DNA of 64,000 nt from Kiritimatiellia bacterium (GCA_050950285.1 JBMNHG010000006.1:293167-357166), one strand, 5' to 3'; counted from the first letter of the stretch, positions 38,901 to 48,329 are shown. Numbers and translations are program-made. Notes: generated from the sequence alone by a model not told the origin.

Positions 38901-40010
38901 GGTCTCGTAGTAGCCGTCGAGCTTGTCCGAGACGATGCCCGTCACGGTGTAGGTGCCGGGGGAGACGAGCGCGCCGGCTTCGTCCTTTCCGTCCCAGAGG
39001 GCTTCAACGACGATCGAGCCGTCGGCCAGCGTCTCCACGGCGAAATCCTCCACGCGGCAGCCGCCGGCGGCGTTGCGGACGCGGGTGCCGTCCGCCGAGT
39101 TGACGGCGAGGGTGAAGAACGTGGCGTCCGCGGGGACGGTCGTGCGCAGGGGGATGGTGCCTTGGGGCTTGAGGGAGCCTTCGACGTACTTGCGCGGCTC
39201 GACGGAGGACTCCGCGAGGTAGACGTCGCCCCAGGAGTCGAAGGCCGTCCAGAAGAACTCGCGGGAGGTCTTGCCGGGCTGCATGTTGTCGATGTAGCGA
39301 TGCACGGGGAAGCCGGTGCCGGAGGCGGAGCCGTAGAGGAATTCGATGCCCATGCGGAAGGATTCGCCGGCGGCGCCCTTGGCGGCGTCGTCCAGGTAAA
39401 GGATGGGCCAGGGGATGCGGACCTCCTGGGTGAAGCCCTTGCCGTCGTCGGCCATGCGGTAGGCGAGTGCGACGCCGTCGCCGAGCTCGACTTCGCCGGG
39501 CTTGCCGGTGTAGTAGAGCTTCGAGGCGGGGTGCCTCTCCTTGAAGCTGCGGGGAGCGGTGGCGTAGGCCACGTCGAAGGCCGGCTTGATGCCGTTCGCG
39601 TAGTCGTAGCCCCACATGGTGATCCACGACGACTGCCCGCCCGCGGTCACGCGCAGCTGGATGGAGTCCGCGACCCAGCCGCGGGAGGGATCCTGTTCGG
39701 GGTCGACGCGCGAATTGAGCGGCATGGGATCGCGCCAGTCGAAGGCGAGATAGAGATGGTCGGCGTCCCACATCGCGGCGGTACGGACGGAGTAGAAGTC
39801 CTTCACGCCCGAATCGGCGTAGCTCTGGATCTGGCCGGAGAGATCCCACTCGTCCGGCGCGAAGACGCCGTCGATTGCAACGGCGCCCTTGGCGGGCGTT
39901 GCGAAAAGCCCTTCATTCTGGGTCTGGCGACCGATCATGTTCTCGGCGGCGCGCGCGACGCACGCGAAACCGGCGACGACCGCCACGGCGGCCACGATGC
40001 AGCGTTTCAT
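35934..40010 (-). CDS. Uncharacterised secreted CBM9-like / FlgD-Ig / beta-propeller / CBM9-like protein (paralogue 3, 1358 aa)
   Basis: Signal peptide; N-terminal AIDGVFAPDEW...AMWDADHLYLAFDWRD...FTQEVRIPW (CBM9-like); WDGKDEAGALVSPGTY (FlgD-like); PRALALDDAGFLYVAD and PRRVSVW; C-terminal YDAGQLALRWD...LFKTGDCFD...PSEASIRP. Confidence 0.82.
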   Translation of the reverse strand: MKRCIVAAVAVVAGFACVARAAENMIGRQTQNEGLFATPAKGAVAIDGVFAPDEWDLSGQIQSYADSGVKDFYSVRTAAMWDADHLYLAFDWRDPMPLNSRVDPEQDPSRGWVADSIQLRVTAGGQSSWITMWGYDYANGIKPAFDVAYATAPRSFKERHPASKLYYTGKPGEVELGDGVALAYRMADDGKGFTQEVRIPWPILYLDDAAKGAAGESFRMGIEFLYGSASGTGFPVHRYIDNMQPGKTSREFFWTAFDSWGDVYLAESSVEPRKYVEGSLKPQGTIPLRTTVPADATFFTLAVNSADGTRVRNAAGGCRVEDFAVETLADGSIVVEALWDGKDEAGALVSPGTYTVTGIVSDKLDGYYETSFYNPGTPPWQTTDKTGAWGADHTVPHLVARSGDNLVICCTFAEGGYGTFVVHPDGTKAWSEVRGSDVLAATPDYVFTVPNDWGVSGAQILRMDAKTGAFAPFSADLPMPLPLGTLFGTEGGQTPRVVALAAAGDVFIVVSTDSRLRVFDAATSALRKEFPFALSGAAAPESASPDRTDLVEGGTTAALPFASDGSFAYAAVDGAIVRTDLSTGETAPLALGVQPGNPRALALDDAGFLYVADDGPRHQVLKFDLETGALAGTFGKEGGRARQGKFDRDGMRYLSSVAVAANGEVWVTEKSTHPRRVSVWSPDGTFARDFIGNTGYAGQGSLIHDDDPAKAVAEMNELVLDPATGKWDIESVMFNPDPEKGDFIAPGGTAFHSGNVFFSSASGEEREYFSCLGDTRNTPFFLMMKVGGDWQPVAAVASVARLQGLLGGQYGAQVVKDSFGAWADLDPATILVWNDYDNDGHVVREECELIPPVKPSRPQGGKNAGHNVAFNPCGNTTLDPDDLGFFATWNRDGKGVATVRVTPASFRDGGRPVYTLEGVKDYPCDFAISGAATPVPGKDLVIAFVQMNKRIYVVGFRKSDGTVLWRHLSPYHQVHGSHNATMPRPGLLIGCLKVCGVAEDCGDSDVFMIRGNLGEDYFLTTDGHFVNILTKDGRIPGIALPEDETTLRATSFAALQGRGEHFSGVFTKHRDGVIRCSGAVPASQAGNIVRIEGLDSIRHLDPFTITLSDADIVKADEDNTRRALEASKAESAPLSIARAQLDGNGNIQWNKVPAIPIQSEGQPAQASFRAAYDAGQLALRWDLQRDSSPWKNGGNDWHLLFKTGDCFDFQLSPTGNRGANPANGDFRLLVAPFQGGNAVVLMKQRAEGAPAGQAFNYTSPVMTVRFDSVTLLADVEPEVKVGDDRVTVTVAVPWTALGMVAPAAGSTLSGDVGFILSDSSGTFNTARVYRANKATGLVNDQPSEASIRPQLFSDVVFE

Positions 40011-40280
40011 CTCGGGGAATTCTCCTTGTCAGACCCCGAACCGACGGGGCCGGATAGGAACAATAGCAGGAATCATGCCGGAATGCAGCAGTCCGCCCAG
40101 CCGCCGCGCCCGATCCGCAAAGGCGGAGGCGCGGCCATCCGGCTGGAGCCATGCTCCCGGACCGCCTGTCCGATGTGCCTCCCGCCCCATGCTGCCGTTT
40201 TCATTTTCGGCGTCGTGCCGATTTTGCTGGCAGAAGACGGTGCGGTCGGTAATATAGGAGGCCTTTTCACGAAAAAGGCC

Positions 40281-41588
40281 ATGCTCCACGTCCGCGACAA
40301 GATCCCTCCCGCCTCCCCGGAAGAAGCCGCGCAGGTTCCCGGCGGGGCGGAGCCCCCTGCTCCCGGCGACGCCGCACCCCTTGCGGCGGCGCTGCGGGCG
40401 GAGCTTTCGGGGGCGTCGCCGCCCGACGGCACGGACTGGCCCCTTCTCTACCGCCTTGCCCGGCGGCATTGCCTCGCCGCCTACCTCTATCCCTTCGCCC
40501 GGCGCCATGGCGGCGCCGCCGCCGCCGATCTCCTGTCGTCATGGCGGCGCGCCGCCCTCGACGAGGCGCAGCGGGCGGCGTTGGCGGGGCGGCAGCTTGG
40601 CCGGATCCTCGAGGCCTTCCATTCGGCCGGCATCCCCTGCATCCCCGTGAAAGGCGCGTGGATCGCGGAAAAGCTCTACGGTCCCGAGACGGCGCGGTCG
40701 ATGAGCGATTTCGACCTGATGATCCGCCTGGAGGACGCGCGCCGGGCGATCGCGCTCCTGGAGGCGGACGGCTTCGTCCTGCGACATCCCGTCGATCCCG
40801 GGAATCCGCGAATCCAAAGCGCCGGGTTCCGTCCTTCCAAGGGACGCCCCTTCCCCGTTGAACTCGTCTGGGCCTACGACGTCTACGACTTCGACATTGG
40901 AAGGCCCTTGCCGACGGCGCCGATGGAGCGCCTGTGGGAGGGCGCTCGCATCGAAACGCTGGCGGGGGTGGACTGCCTCGCCCTCGCGCCCGAAGACCAC
41001 CTCGTCTTCCTCGCGAACCATCTGCTCCACCATGCCTTCGTGGTGCCGATCCGGGCATACCTCGACATCGCGCTGTTGCTGCGGAGGCTCGCGGACGGGT
41101 TCGACGCCCAGCGGCTCGCCGCCACCGCCCGCGCCTGGAGGATGGAGCGGACCACGGCGCTGGCGGCGCATCTGGCGGGCGACCTGCTGGGCGCTCCCGC
41201 CGGGAAGGTGCTGGACGAAGGGCTCCCCGGCATCGACTGCCCGCCGGAACAACGGCGCGCCGCCGCCGCGATCGCCCTCGAGGTGCGCCTGGACGGGAAC
41301 CCGGTGGCGGCCTCGAGGCTCCTTTCGCTGAAAGAGAGGGGCTTCTGGGGACGCCTCGGGCTGATGCTGGAGCGAATCTGGGCGGACGCCGACACCCTCC
41401 GGGCCCGCTACCCCTGGGCGAAGGGCCCGCTGCGCCGGGCCTGGGCGCGCGCGATACGGACACGGGACTTGGCGCGCGACCACGGGCGGAATGTCGCCCG
41501 CGCCCTGGACAACCGCGCAAACGAGGGATTCCTGGACGCCTCGCGCCGTCGCCAGGAACTCGCCGCCTGGGTCCTGGGTGAGAATTAG
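40281..41588 (+). CDS. Nucleotidyltransferase family protein (NTP_transf_5-like)
   Basis: C-terminal part of the 30978..41588 ORF: DWPLLYRLARRHCLA, AGIPCIPVKGAW, RSMSDFDLMIR, VELVW, PEDHLVFLANH and YLDIALLL. The start is approximate. Confidence 0.8.
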   Translation: MLHVRDKIPPASPEEAAQVPGGAEPPAPGDAAPLAAALRAELSGASPPDGTDWPLLYRLARRHCLAAYLYPFARRHGGAAAADLLSSWRRAALDEAQRAALAGRQLGRILEAFHSAGIPCIPVKGAWIAEKLYGPETARSMSDFDLMIRLEDARRAIALLEADGFVLRHPVDPGNPRIQSAGFRPSKGRPFPVELVWAYDVYDFDIGRPLPTAPMERLWEGARIETLAGVDCLALAPEDHLVFLANHLLHHAFVVPIRAYLDIALLLRRLADGFDAQRLAATARAWRMERTTALAAHLAGDLLGAPAGKVLDEGLPGIDCPPEQRRAAAAIALEVRLDGNPVAASRLLSLKERGFWGRLGLMLERIWADADTLRARYPWAKGPLRRAWARAIRTRDLARDHGRNVARALDNRANEGFLDASRRRQELAAWVLGEN

Positions 41589-41652
41589 TTTGCCATGCAC
41601 CCCCTCCATACGTAAGATGGACACGACTGTTTTCAAGGGAGTCAACGAATTT

Positions 41653-42903
41653 ATGAGTTCTGCATCCTCCACGAAACGCACGCCTGCGCAGACGCTGGTC
41701 ATGCCGCCCACCAAGGGGCGCGAGACGCTGCGCGTGCGCAAAACGAAACTGCTGATCGTCAACGGCCCGCAGCAAGGGCGCGAAATGGTGATCGACAAAG
41801 AGGCCTTCACCCTGGGTTCCGGATCGGGGAACGACCTGGTGCTGGACGATTCCGCCATCTCCAAGCGCCATTGTGAAATCAAGGTGGACGACACCGGCCA
41901 CCAGATTCGCGACCTCGGCAGCACCAACGGCACGATCGTGCAAGGGGTGCGCGTGGCCGAGGCCTTCCTCCATCCCGGCGCCGAAATCCGCCTGGGCAAG
42001 ACCCACATCATCTTCTGCCCGCTGCAGGAGGACAAGGAAGTCCCCCTGAGCCGCAACGAAGCCTTCGGGTCCATGCTCGGCCGCAGCGTGGCCATGCGCC
42101 GCATCTTCTACCTCGCCGAGACCTACGCGCCCACCGACGCCACCGTGATGATCACGGGCGAAACCGGCACCGGCAAGGAGATCCTCGCCGAGGAGATCCA
42201 CCGCCACAGCAAGCGGAAGAACAAGCCCTTCATCGTGATCGACTGCGCCGCGATGGCGAAAGACCTCATCGAAAGCGAACTCTTCGGCCACGTGAAGGGC
42301 TCCTTCACCGGCGCGAACGCGGATCGCCAGGGCGCCTTCGAGCACGCCGATGGCGGCACCGTGTTCCTGGACGAGATCGGCGACCTCGCGCCCGACCTCC
42401 AGCCCAAACTGCTGCGCGTGCTCGAAAACCGCGAAATCCGCCGCGTGGGAAGCAACCGCGTGCGGAAAATCGACGTGCGCATCATCTGCGCCACCAACCG
42501 CCGCCTCGATGTCGAGGTGAACGAGGGGCGCTTCCGCGAAGACCTCTACTACCGCCTCTCCGTGGTGCCGATCGAACTCCCGCCCCTCCGCCGCCACACC
42601 GAGGACATCCCGCTCCTCATCAAGCGCTTCCTGGCGGATTTGCGCCAGCCGGGCGCCGAACGCAAGTTCGCCGACTTCGACGGCACGATGGAACTCCTCA
42701 AGCGCCACGAATGGCCCGGGAACGTGCGCGAGCTCCGCAACCTCGTGGAAATGGCCTTCTACGGTTCGTCGCGCCCGGTGGACCTCGGCGCCTTCCTGAG
42801 CCTTGGACGCCTGCGCGAGCTGCGGCAGGAAGAGGCCGAAGAGGCGGAAGAGCCCGCCACAACCCCCGTCAACCGCCCATCCAGAACCCCCCGGAAGAAA
42901 TAG
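41653..42903 (+). CDS. FHA-domain sigma54-interacting AAA+ transcriptional regulator (C-terminal HTH apparently missing)
   Basis: FHA motifs (LGSGSGNDLVL, ISKRHC, DLGSTNGT); GETGTGKE, ESELFGHVKGSFTGA, LDEIGDL, FREDLYYRL and WPGNVRELRN. Confidence 0.9.
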   Translation: MSSASSTKRTPAQTLVMPPTKGRETLRVRKTKLLIVNGPQQGREMVIDKEAFTLGSGSGNDLVLDDSAISKRHCEIKVDDTGHQIRDLGSTNGTIVQGVRVAEAFLHPGAEIRLGKTHIIFCPLQEDKEVPLSRNEAFGSMLGRSVAMRRIFYLAETYAPTDATVMITGETGTGKEILAEEIHRHSKRKNKPFIVIDCAAMAKDLIESELFGHVKGSFTGANADRQGAFEHADGGTVFLDEIGDLAPDLQPKLLRVLENREIRRVGSNRVRKIDVRIICATNRRLDVEVNEGRFREDLYYRLSVVPIELPPLRRHTEDIPLLIKRFLADLRQPGAERKFADFDGTMELLKRHEWPGNVRELRNLVEMAFYGSSRPVDLGAFLSLGRLRELRQEEAEEAEEPATTPVNRPSRTPRKK

Positions 42904-43029
42904 TCGAGAACCCCATGCGCCAATCCCTTCGCCATTCCACCGCCCGCGATCATCGCGCCCTCCCCCGGTGGCACGGAGAACAGGCACGGCGTCAAGCAAG
43001 CGGTCCAGTACCGCATGGAATCTTTCATC

Positions 43030-45600
43030 ATGGCTAAAAAATTTGATCTCAACGGCACCTGGAGACTCCATCAGGACGGCGAACACCGGACGCTGAAGGC
43101 GACCGTGCCCGGATGCGTCCATACCGACCTGCTCGCCGCAGGCGACATCCCCGACCCCTTCCTCCGCGACAACGAAGCGCAAGTGCAGTGGATCAGCCGG
43201 TCCGCCTGGATCTACGAGCGCGAATTCACCCTCCCCTCGCACAATCCGGAACAGATCACCTTCCTTCGTTGCGAAGGCCTCGACACCCTCGCGACCGTCA
43301 CCCTCAACGGCGAGGAAGTCGGCAAGGCCGACAACATGCATCGCACCTGGGAATTCGACGTCTCGAAGATCCTTCGCGAAGGCGAGAACACCCTCTCCAT
43401 CCGCTTCGATCCCGTTTACGACTACGTCCAGGCCCGTGCCGAAAAACGGCCCATGCCCGGCTACGCCGGACCGGGCGAAATGCCCGATCGCGCCTGGATC
43501 CGCAAGATGGCCTGCAACTTCGGGTGGGACTGGGGCCCGGTCCTCACCACCTGCGGCATCTGGCGCTCCATCTCGCTGGTCACCGTGGGCGCCGCGCGCC
43601 TCTCCAGCGTACGCATCCACCAGGACCACGAAGCGGGAAGCGATGTCGGCATGGACATCTTCGTCGAAGCCGAGAGCTTCCGCAAGGACGCCGCGCTCTC
43701 CGCCTCCTGCAAGCTCCTCTACAAGGGGCAGGTGCTGAGCGACGCCCGTGTCGAACTCGACGCCGAAGGCCGCGCCCAGGCCCGCCTTCTCGCACGGAAC
43801 CCGCAGCTCTGGTGGCCCGCCGGCCTCGGCGAACAGCCGCTCTACGAAGTGACCGTCGAACTGTTCGCGAACAAGCGCGCCTGCGACTGGTGCTCCCGCC
43901 GCGTGGGCTTCCGCACCCTGCGCCTCGTCCGGGAGAAGGACGAATGGGGCGAAAGCTTCCACTTCGAAGTGAACGGCGTGCCCTTCTTCGCCAAGGGCGC
44001 CAACTGGATCCCCGCCGACGTCTTCGTCACGCGCCTCTCCCGCGTGGAGTATGCGCGCCTCGTGAAGGCCGCCGCCATGGCCAACATGAACATGCTGCGC
44101 GTCTGGGGCGGCGGCATCTACGAGGACGACTGCTTCTACGACCTCTGCGACGAGTACGGCATCTGCGTCTGGCAGGACTTCATGTTCGCCTGCTCGGCCT
44201 ATCCCGCCTTCGACAAGGACTGGATGGAGAACGTGCGCATCGAGGCCATCCAGAACGTGCGCCGCCTCCGCCACCACCCCTGCCTCGCCGTCTGGGTGGG
44301 CAACAACGAACTCGAGCAGGGGAATGTCGGCCCCGAATGGGACGGCCGCCGGATGGGCGAGAAGGACTACAAGGCCCTCTTCGACGAACTCCTCCCCTCC
44401 ATCGTCGAAGCCGAAGACCCCGACCACGACTACTGGCCCTCCTCGCCCCACACCCCGCCCCCCGGAGACCGGCGGAACTTCAACGATCCCGAGCGCGGCG
44501 ACGCCCACCTCTGGGACGTCTGGCATGGCCTGAAGCCCTTCGAGTGGTACCGCACCTCCTTCCACCGCTTCTGCTCCGAGTTCGGCTTCCAGAGCTTCCC
44601 CGAACCCCGCATGGTCGAGACGTTCACCGACCCGGACGACCGCAACATCACCAGCTACATCATGGAGCGCCACCAGCGCAACGGCATGGGCAACGCGGTG
44701 ATCCTGCAGTACATGCTCTCGTGGTTCCGCATGCCCTACGGATTTGAGAACATCCTCTGGCTCAGCCAGATCCAGCAGGGCCTCGCCATCAAATACGCCG
44801 TCGAGCACTGGCGCCGAAACCGCCCCCGCTGCATGGGAGCGCTCTACTGGCAGCTCAACGACTGCTGGCCCGTCGCCTCCTGGTCGTCCATCGACTCCGA
44901 CGGCCGCTGGAAGGCCCTCCACTACATGGCCCGCCGCTTCTTCAGCCCCGTGCTCGTCACCGGCGTGGAGAACCTCGAAACCGGCATCGTCGAAATCTTC
45001 CTCCACAACGACATGCTCAAGGCCTTCAAGGGCGAGGTCCAATGGCGCATCACCCGCGCCGACGGCACCGAAGTGCGCGTGAACGGGCGCAAGGTAACCC
45101 TCGAACCCAATTCCTCCTCCCGCCTGGGAGTGCTGAAACTCGCCGACCTGCTGAACCAGCTCGGCCCCCGCGACGTGCTCGTGTGGCTCACCCTCTTCCG
45201 CGAGGACGGCAACGTCGAATCCACCGACCTCGTCACCTTCTGCCGCCCCAAGCACATCGAACTCCCCGACCCGCGCATCAAGGTCGAGATCCGCCCGTGG
45301 GACGACAACTCCTACGCCGTGACCCTCACCGCGCGCTATCCCGCCTTCTGGGCCTGGCTGGAAGTGGAAGGCGTCGACGCGAAGTACGACGACAACTTCT
45401 TCAACATCGAGCCGGGCCGGTCCGTGCGCGTGCGCGTCACGCCCGTCTTCCGCATGAAGTCGGACGACTTCCGCGCCGCGCTCAAGATCCGCACCCTGCG
45501 CGACACCTACCAGGAGCCACCCAAGGCCCTTCCTCCCGAGCCGCCCCCTCCCCCGAAGAAACGCGGACGTCCGCCCAAGGCAAAATCGATCTTCGAATAG
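43030..45600 (+). CDS. Beta-mannosidase (GH2), no signal peptide
   Basis: [66 protein letters not shown] and WQLNDCWP motifs. Confidence 0.93.
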   Translation: MAKKFDLNGTWRLHQDGEHRTLKATVPGCVHTDLLAAGDIPDPFLRDNEAQVQWISRSAWIYEREFTLPSHNPEQITFLRCEGLDTLATVTLNGEEVGKADNMHRTWEFDVSKILREGENTLSIRFDPVYDYVQARAEKRPMPGYAGPGEMPDRAWIRKMACNFGWDWGPVLTTCGIWRSISLVTVGAARLSSVRIHQDHEAGSDVGMDIFVEAESFRKDAALSASCKLLYKGQVLSDARVELDAEGRAQARLLARNPQLWWPAGLGEQPLYEVTVELFANKRACDWCSRRVGFRTLRLVREKDEWGESFHFEVNGVPFFAKGANWIPADVFVTRLSRVEYARLVKAAAMANMNMLRVWGGGIYEDDCFYDLCDEYGICVWQDFMFACSAYPAFDKDWMENVRIEAIQNVRRLRHHPCLAVWVGNNELEQGNVGPEWDGRRMGEKDYKALFDELLPSIVEAEDPDHDYWPSSPHTPPPGDRRNFNDPERGDAHLWDVWHGLKPFEWYRTSFHRFCSEFGFQSFPEPRMVETFTDPDDRNITSYIMERHQRNGMGNAVILQYMLSWFRMPYGFENILWLSQIQQGLAIKYAVEHWRRNRPRCMGALYWQLNDCWPVASWSSIDSDGRWKALHYMARRFFSPVLVTGVENLETGIVEIFLHNDMLKAFKGEVQWRITRADGTEVRVNGRKVTLEPNSSSRLGVLKLADLLNQLGPRDVLVWLTLFREDGNVESTDLVTFCRPKHIELPDPRIKVEIRPWDDNSYAVTLTARYPAFWAWLEVEGVDAKYDDNFFNIEPGRSVRVRVTPVFRMKSDDFRAALKIRTLRDTYQEPPKALPPEPPPPPKKRGRPPKAKSIFE

Positions 45601-45615
45601 CAAGGACGCTCCGCC

Positions 45616-46404
45616 ATGTCCCCGAACCCCGCCCCTGCATCTCGCGGCGCGCCGCCCCGCGCCCTCCGCCACCTTGCCATCATCATGGACGGCAACGGAC
45701 GCTGGGCGAAGTCCCGCGGCCTGCCCCGCCTCAAAGGCCACGAAGCCGGCGCCGAGACCGTCCGCCGCGTGTTGCGCTACTGCCGCGACTACGGCGTCTC
45801 CTATCTCACGCTCTACGCCTTCAGCACCGAGAACTGGTCGCGGCCCGCCGCCGAAGTCGCGGGGCTCATGCGGCTTTTGGAGAAGTTCCTGGAAGACAAC
45901 CTCCACGAGCTCCACGAGCACGACATCCGCCTCCGCGTGATCGGGCGCCGCGAAGACTTGCCGAAGGAGGTCCGCAAGAGCCTCGCGAACGCCGAGGCCG
46001 AAACCGCGGGCCACCAGGCGGGACAGCTGATCGTCGCCCTCAGCTATGGCGGCCGTGCCGAACTCGCCGATGCGGCCCGCGCCCTCGCCCGCGATGTCGC
46101 CGCCGGGAAGGTCGACCCCGAAACGGTCGAGGAATCCTCCCTCGCCTCGCGGCTCTACGCCCCCGACGTCCCGGACCCCGACCTCATCCTCCGGACCAGC
46201 GGCGAAATGCGCCTGAGCAACTTCCTCCTCTGGCAAGCCGCCTACGCCGAACTCCTCGTCACCCCCGTGCTCTGGCCCGATTTCGGCGAGGACGACTTCC
46301 GCGCCGCCCTCGACGCCTTCGCCCGCCGCGACCGCCGCTACGGGGGCCTCACCCGAACCGCCTCCTCGGAATCCACCGCGGATCGAGAGGGGGGCTCGCC
46401 ATGA
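45616..46404 (+). CDS. uppS: Isoprenyl transferase (undecaprenyl diphosphate synthase)
   Basis: HLAIIMDGNGRWA, YAFSTENWSRP, LSYGGR and RTSGEMRLSNFLLWQ motifs. Confidence 0.97.
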   Translation: MSPNPAPASRGAPPRALRHLAIIMDGNGRWAKSRGLPRLKGHEAGAETVRRVLRYCRDYGVSYLTLYAFSTENWSRPAAEVAGLMRLLEKFLEDNLHELHEHDIRLRVIGRREDLPKEVRKSLANAEAETAGHQAGQLIVALSYGGRAELADAARALARDVAAGKVDPETVEESSLASRLYAPDVPDPDLILRTSGEMRLSNFLLWQAAYAELLVTPVLWPDFGEDDFRAALDAFARRDRRYGGLTRTASSESTADREGGSP

Positions 46405-47282
46405 TCCAGCGCACCGTCAACGGCATCCTTGTCGGCATCGCCATCCTCCTCGCCCTGTGGCTGCTCCCCGGCTGGGCGATCTTCCTCCTCCTGGCCGGCG
46501 CCTCGTGCGTCGCGCAGGCCGAATTCTTCGCCATCATGAGACAGGGCGGATACGCCTCGTGCCCGATGCTTGCCTATCCCCTGGGCGTGCTCTGGCTCCT
46601 CGGCAGGTTCGCCTTCGCGGTAAACGAAGCCCCCGCGTGGATGGGCGGATCGTCGTGGGAACTCGTCCTCCTGGGCATCTTCCTCTTCGTGCTGCTCGTC
46701 CGCCTGCTCTTCGACCCGAAGGCCAAACCCGTGGAACAGGCCGCCATCACGTGCTTCTCCTTCTTCTACGTGCCCTTCCTGCTCGGCTTCTCCCTGCCGC
46801 TCGCCACCTTCAAGGCCGACCGCCCCTTCGTCTTCTCCCCCGAAGGCATCTTCCTGGTCTTCTACCTGATCCTCGTGGTGAAGATGACCGACGTAGGGGC
46901 CTTCGCCATCGGATGCTCCTGCGGACGCAACAAGATGTTCCCGCGCATCTCGCCGAAGAAATCCTGGGAAGGGCTCGCGGGCGGCCTGGCCGCCGCCGTG
47001 CTCTCCTCGGTGGCCCTCGTCGCCCTGACGAAGCGCTTTGGCTGGGCCGCAGGCGCCACGCTGGGCGCATGGTCCCTCCCCTGCGCCGCCGCCGTCGGCC
47101 TTGTGCTGGGCGTCGTGGGCGTGCTGGGCGACCTCTTCGAATCCATGTTCAAACGCGCCGTGAACGTCAAGGACTCCAGCTACGTCGTCCCTGGAATGGG
47201 CGGATTCCTCGACATGTTCGACAGCATCCTCTTCGCACCCATGGTCCTCTTCCTGTTCCTCAAGGGGACCGGTGCGCTCTAG
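46401..47282 (+). CDS. cdsA: Phosphatidate cytidylyltransferase
   Basis: ATGA overlap with uppS; multiple TM segments; ISPKKSWEG and GDLFESMFKRAVNVKDS...PGMGGFLDMFDS motifs. Confidence 0.95.
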   Translation: MIQRTVNGILVGIAILLALWLLPGWAIFLLLAGASCVAQAEFFAIMRQGGYASCPMLAYPLGVLWLLGRFAFAVNEAPAWMGGSSWELVLLGIFLFVLLVRLLFDPKAKPVEQAAITCFSFFYVPFLLGFSLPLATFKADRPFVFSPEGIFLVFYLILVVKMTDVGAFAIGCSCGRNKMFPRISPKKSWEGLAGGLAAAVLSSVALVALTKRFGWAAGATLGAWSLPCAAAVGLVLGVVGVLGDLFESMFKRAVNVKDSSYVVPGMGGFLDMFDSILFAPMVLFLFLKGTGAL

Positions 47283-47321
47283 CCGGGGACAGGGCATGCG
47301 TCCGACGGAATGGGATGGAAG

Positions 47322-48329
47322 ATGAAACACTGGATCCAAAGCAGCATCGTCATGCTCGCGGTCCTCCCGCTGGGGATGTCCGCGTTCGGGGCGAAATCCC
47401 CTTCGCAGCAGACCGAAGACCTTTCATGGGGGGAGGTCGGGCTCGTGCTGGTCGCGAAACCCGCCGAAATCCATCCTGCCGGATCGATGGAGCTGACCCT
47501 GACCCTCGACACCCCGGAGCATCTGCAAGCGACCTTGCCCGACCTCCGGACGCGCCTCCAGGGATTCGCGTCCGCGGAAAGCCTCGTGTCGGATCCGACC
47601 CTCGAGGAAGGACGGAAGCGCTCCGTCCAGCGGTGGATCCTCACCCCCGCCCCCGCTGCCGAAGAGTATCGGCTCGCCCCCTTCGCGGTGGAAGTCCGCG
47701 ACACATCCACCCGGCCGCCCGCGGTCTCCTGGTTCGCCACGCGCCCCATCGTCTTCCACGCCGCCGACCCCGGCGTCCCGCCCGAAGGGGATCCCGAGGT
47801 GACGCCCCGTCCCGACTGGATCCGTCCCACCGCGAGAACGATCGCCACGTGGATCGGCTTCGCCGTTCTTGGCGCCGCCCTCCTCGCAGGCCTCGTCCGG
47901 GCGGCCGCGCACGTCCGCCGCAAGGTGGTCGAACGGAGCCTGTCCCCCCGCGACCGGGCGCTCGCCGAGCTCGCCCGCCTCATCCGCCGGGATCTCGTGG
48001 GCAAGGGCCTCTACAAGGATTTCTACGTGGAGCTCACGCGCGTGGTGCGACGCTACATCGAACGCGCCCACGGCATCCGCGCGGCCGAGCAGACCACCGA
48101 GGAGTTCCTCGCCGCCGCCACCGGGCGTCCCGAATTCGCGGGCGAAGTGCTGGCCCGGCTCCGCGCCTTCCTCGAATCCGCCGACCTCGTCAAATTCGCC
48201 GGCGTCTCCGCCTCTCCCCGAATGGCGGCCGAAGCGATCGACACGGCCAAGACCTACGTCGAACGCGATGCCGCCATCCAGGCCCGGAACACGGGCGCTG
48301 CGGCAGAGAAAACGACATCCCGCCCATGA
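47322..48329 (+). CDS. Bat-operon-associated membrane-anchored protein (BatD/DUF4381-like)
   Basis: Signal peptide, Ig-like N-terminal region, one TM segment, then ALAEL...FYVELTRVVRRYIE...EQTTEEFL...ADLVKFA; directly upstream of a BatA-like gene. Confidence 0.7.
   Translation: MKHWIQSSIVMLAVLPLGMSAFGAKSPSQQTEDLSWGEVGLVLVAKPAEIHPAGSMELTLTLDTPEHLQATLPDLRTRLQGFASAESLVSDPTLEEGRKRSVQRWILTPAPAAEEYRLAPFAVEVRDTSTRPPAVSWFATRPIVFHAADPGVPPEGDPEVTPRPDWIRPTARTIATWIGFAVLGAALLAGLVRAAAHVRRKVVERSLSPRDRALAELARLIRRDLVGKGLYKDFYVELTRVVRRYIERAHGIRAAEQTTEEFLAAATGRPEFAGEVLARLRAFLESADLVKFAGVSASPRMAAEAIDTAKTYVERDAAIQARNTGAAAEKTTSRP

Noticed and set aside
30978..40280. 3536-aa plus-strand ORF (30978..41588)
   Set aside because: Only the last ~435 aa are a real protein (the nucleotidyltransferase). 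The rest is the antisense shadow of two GC3-rich minus-strand genes and has no recognisable motifs.
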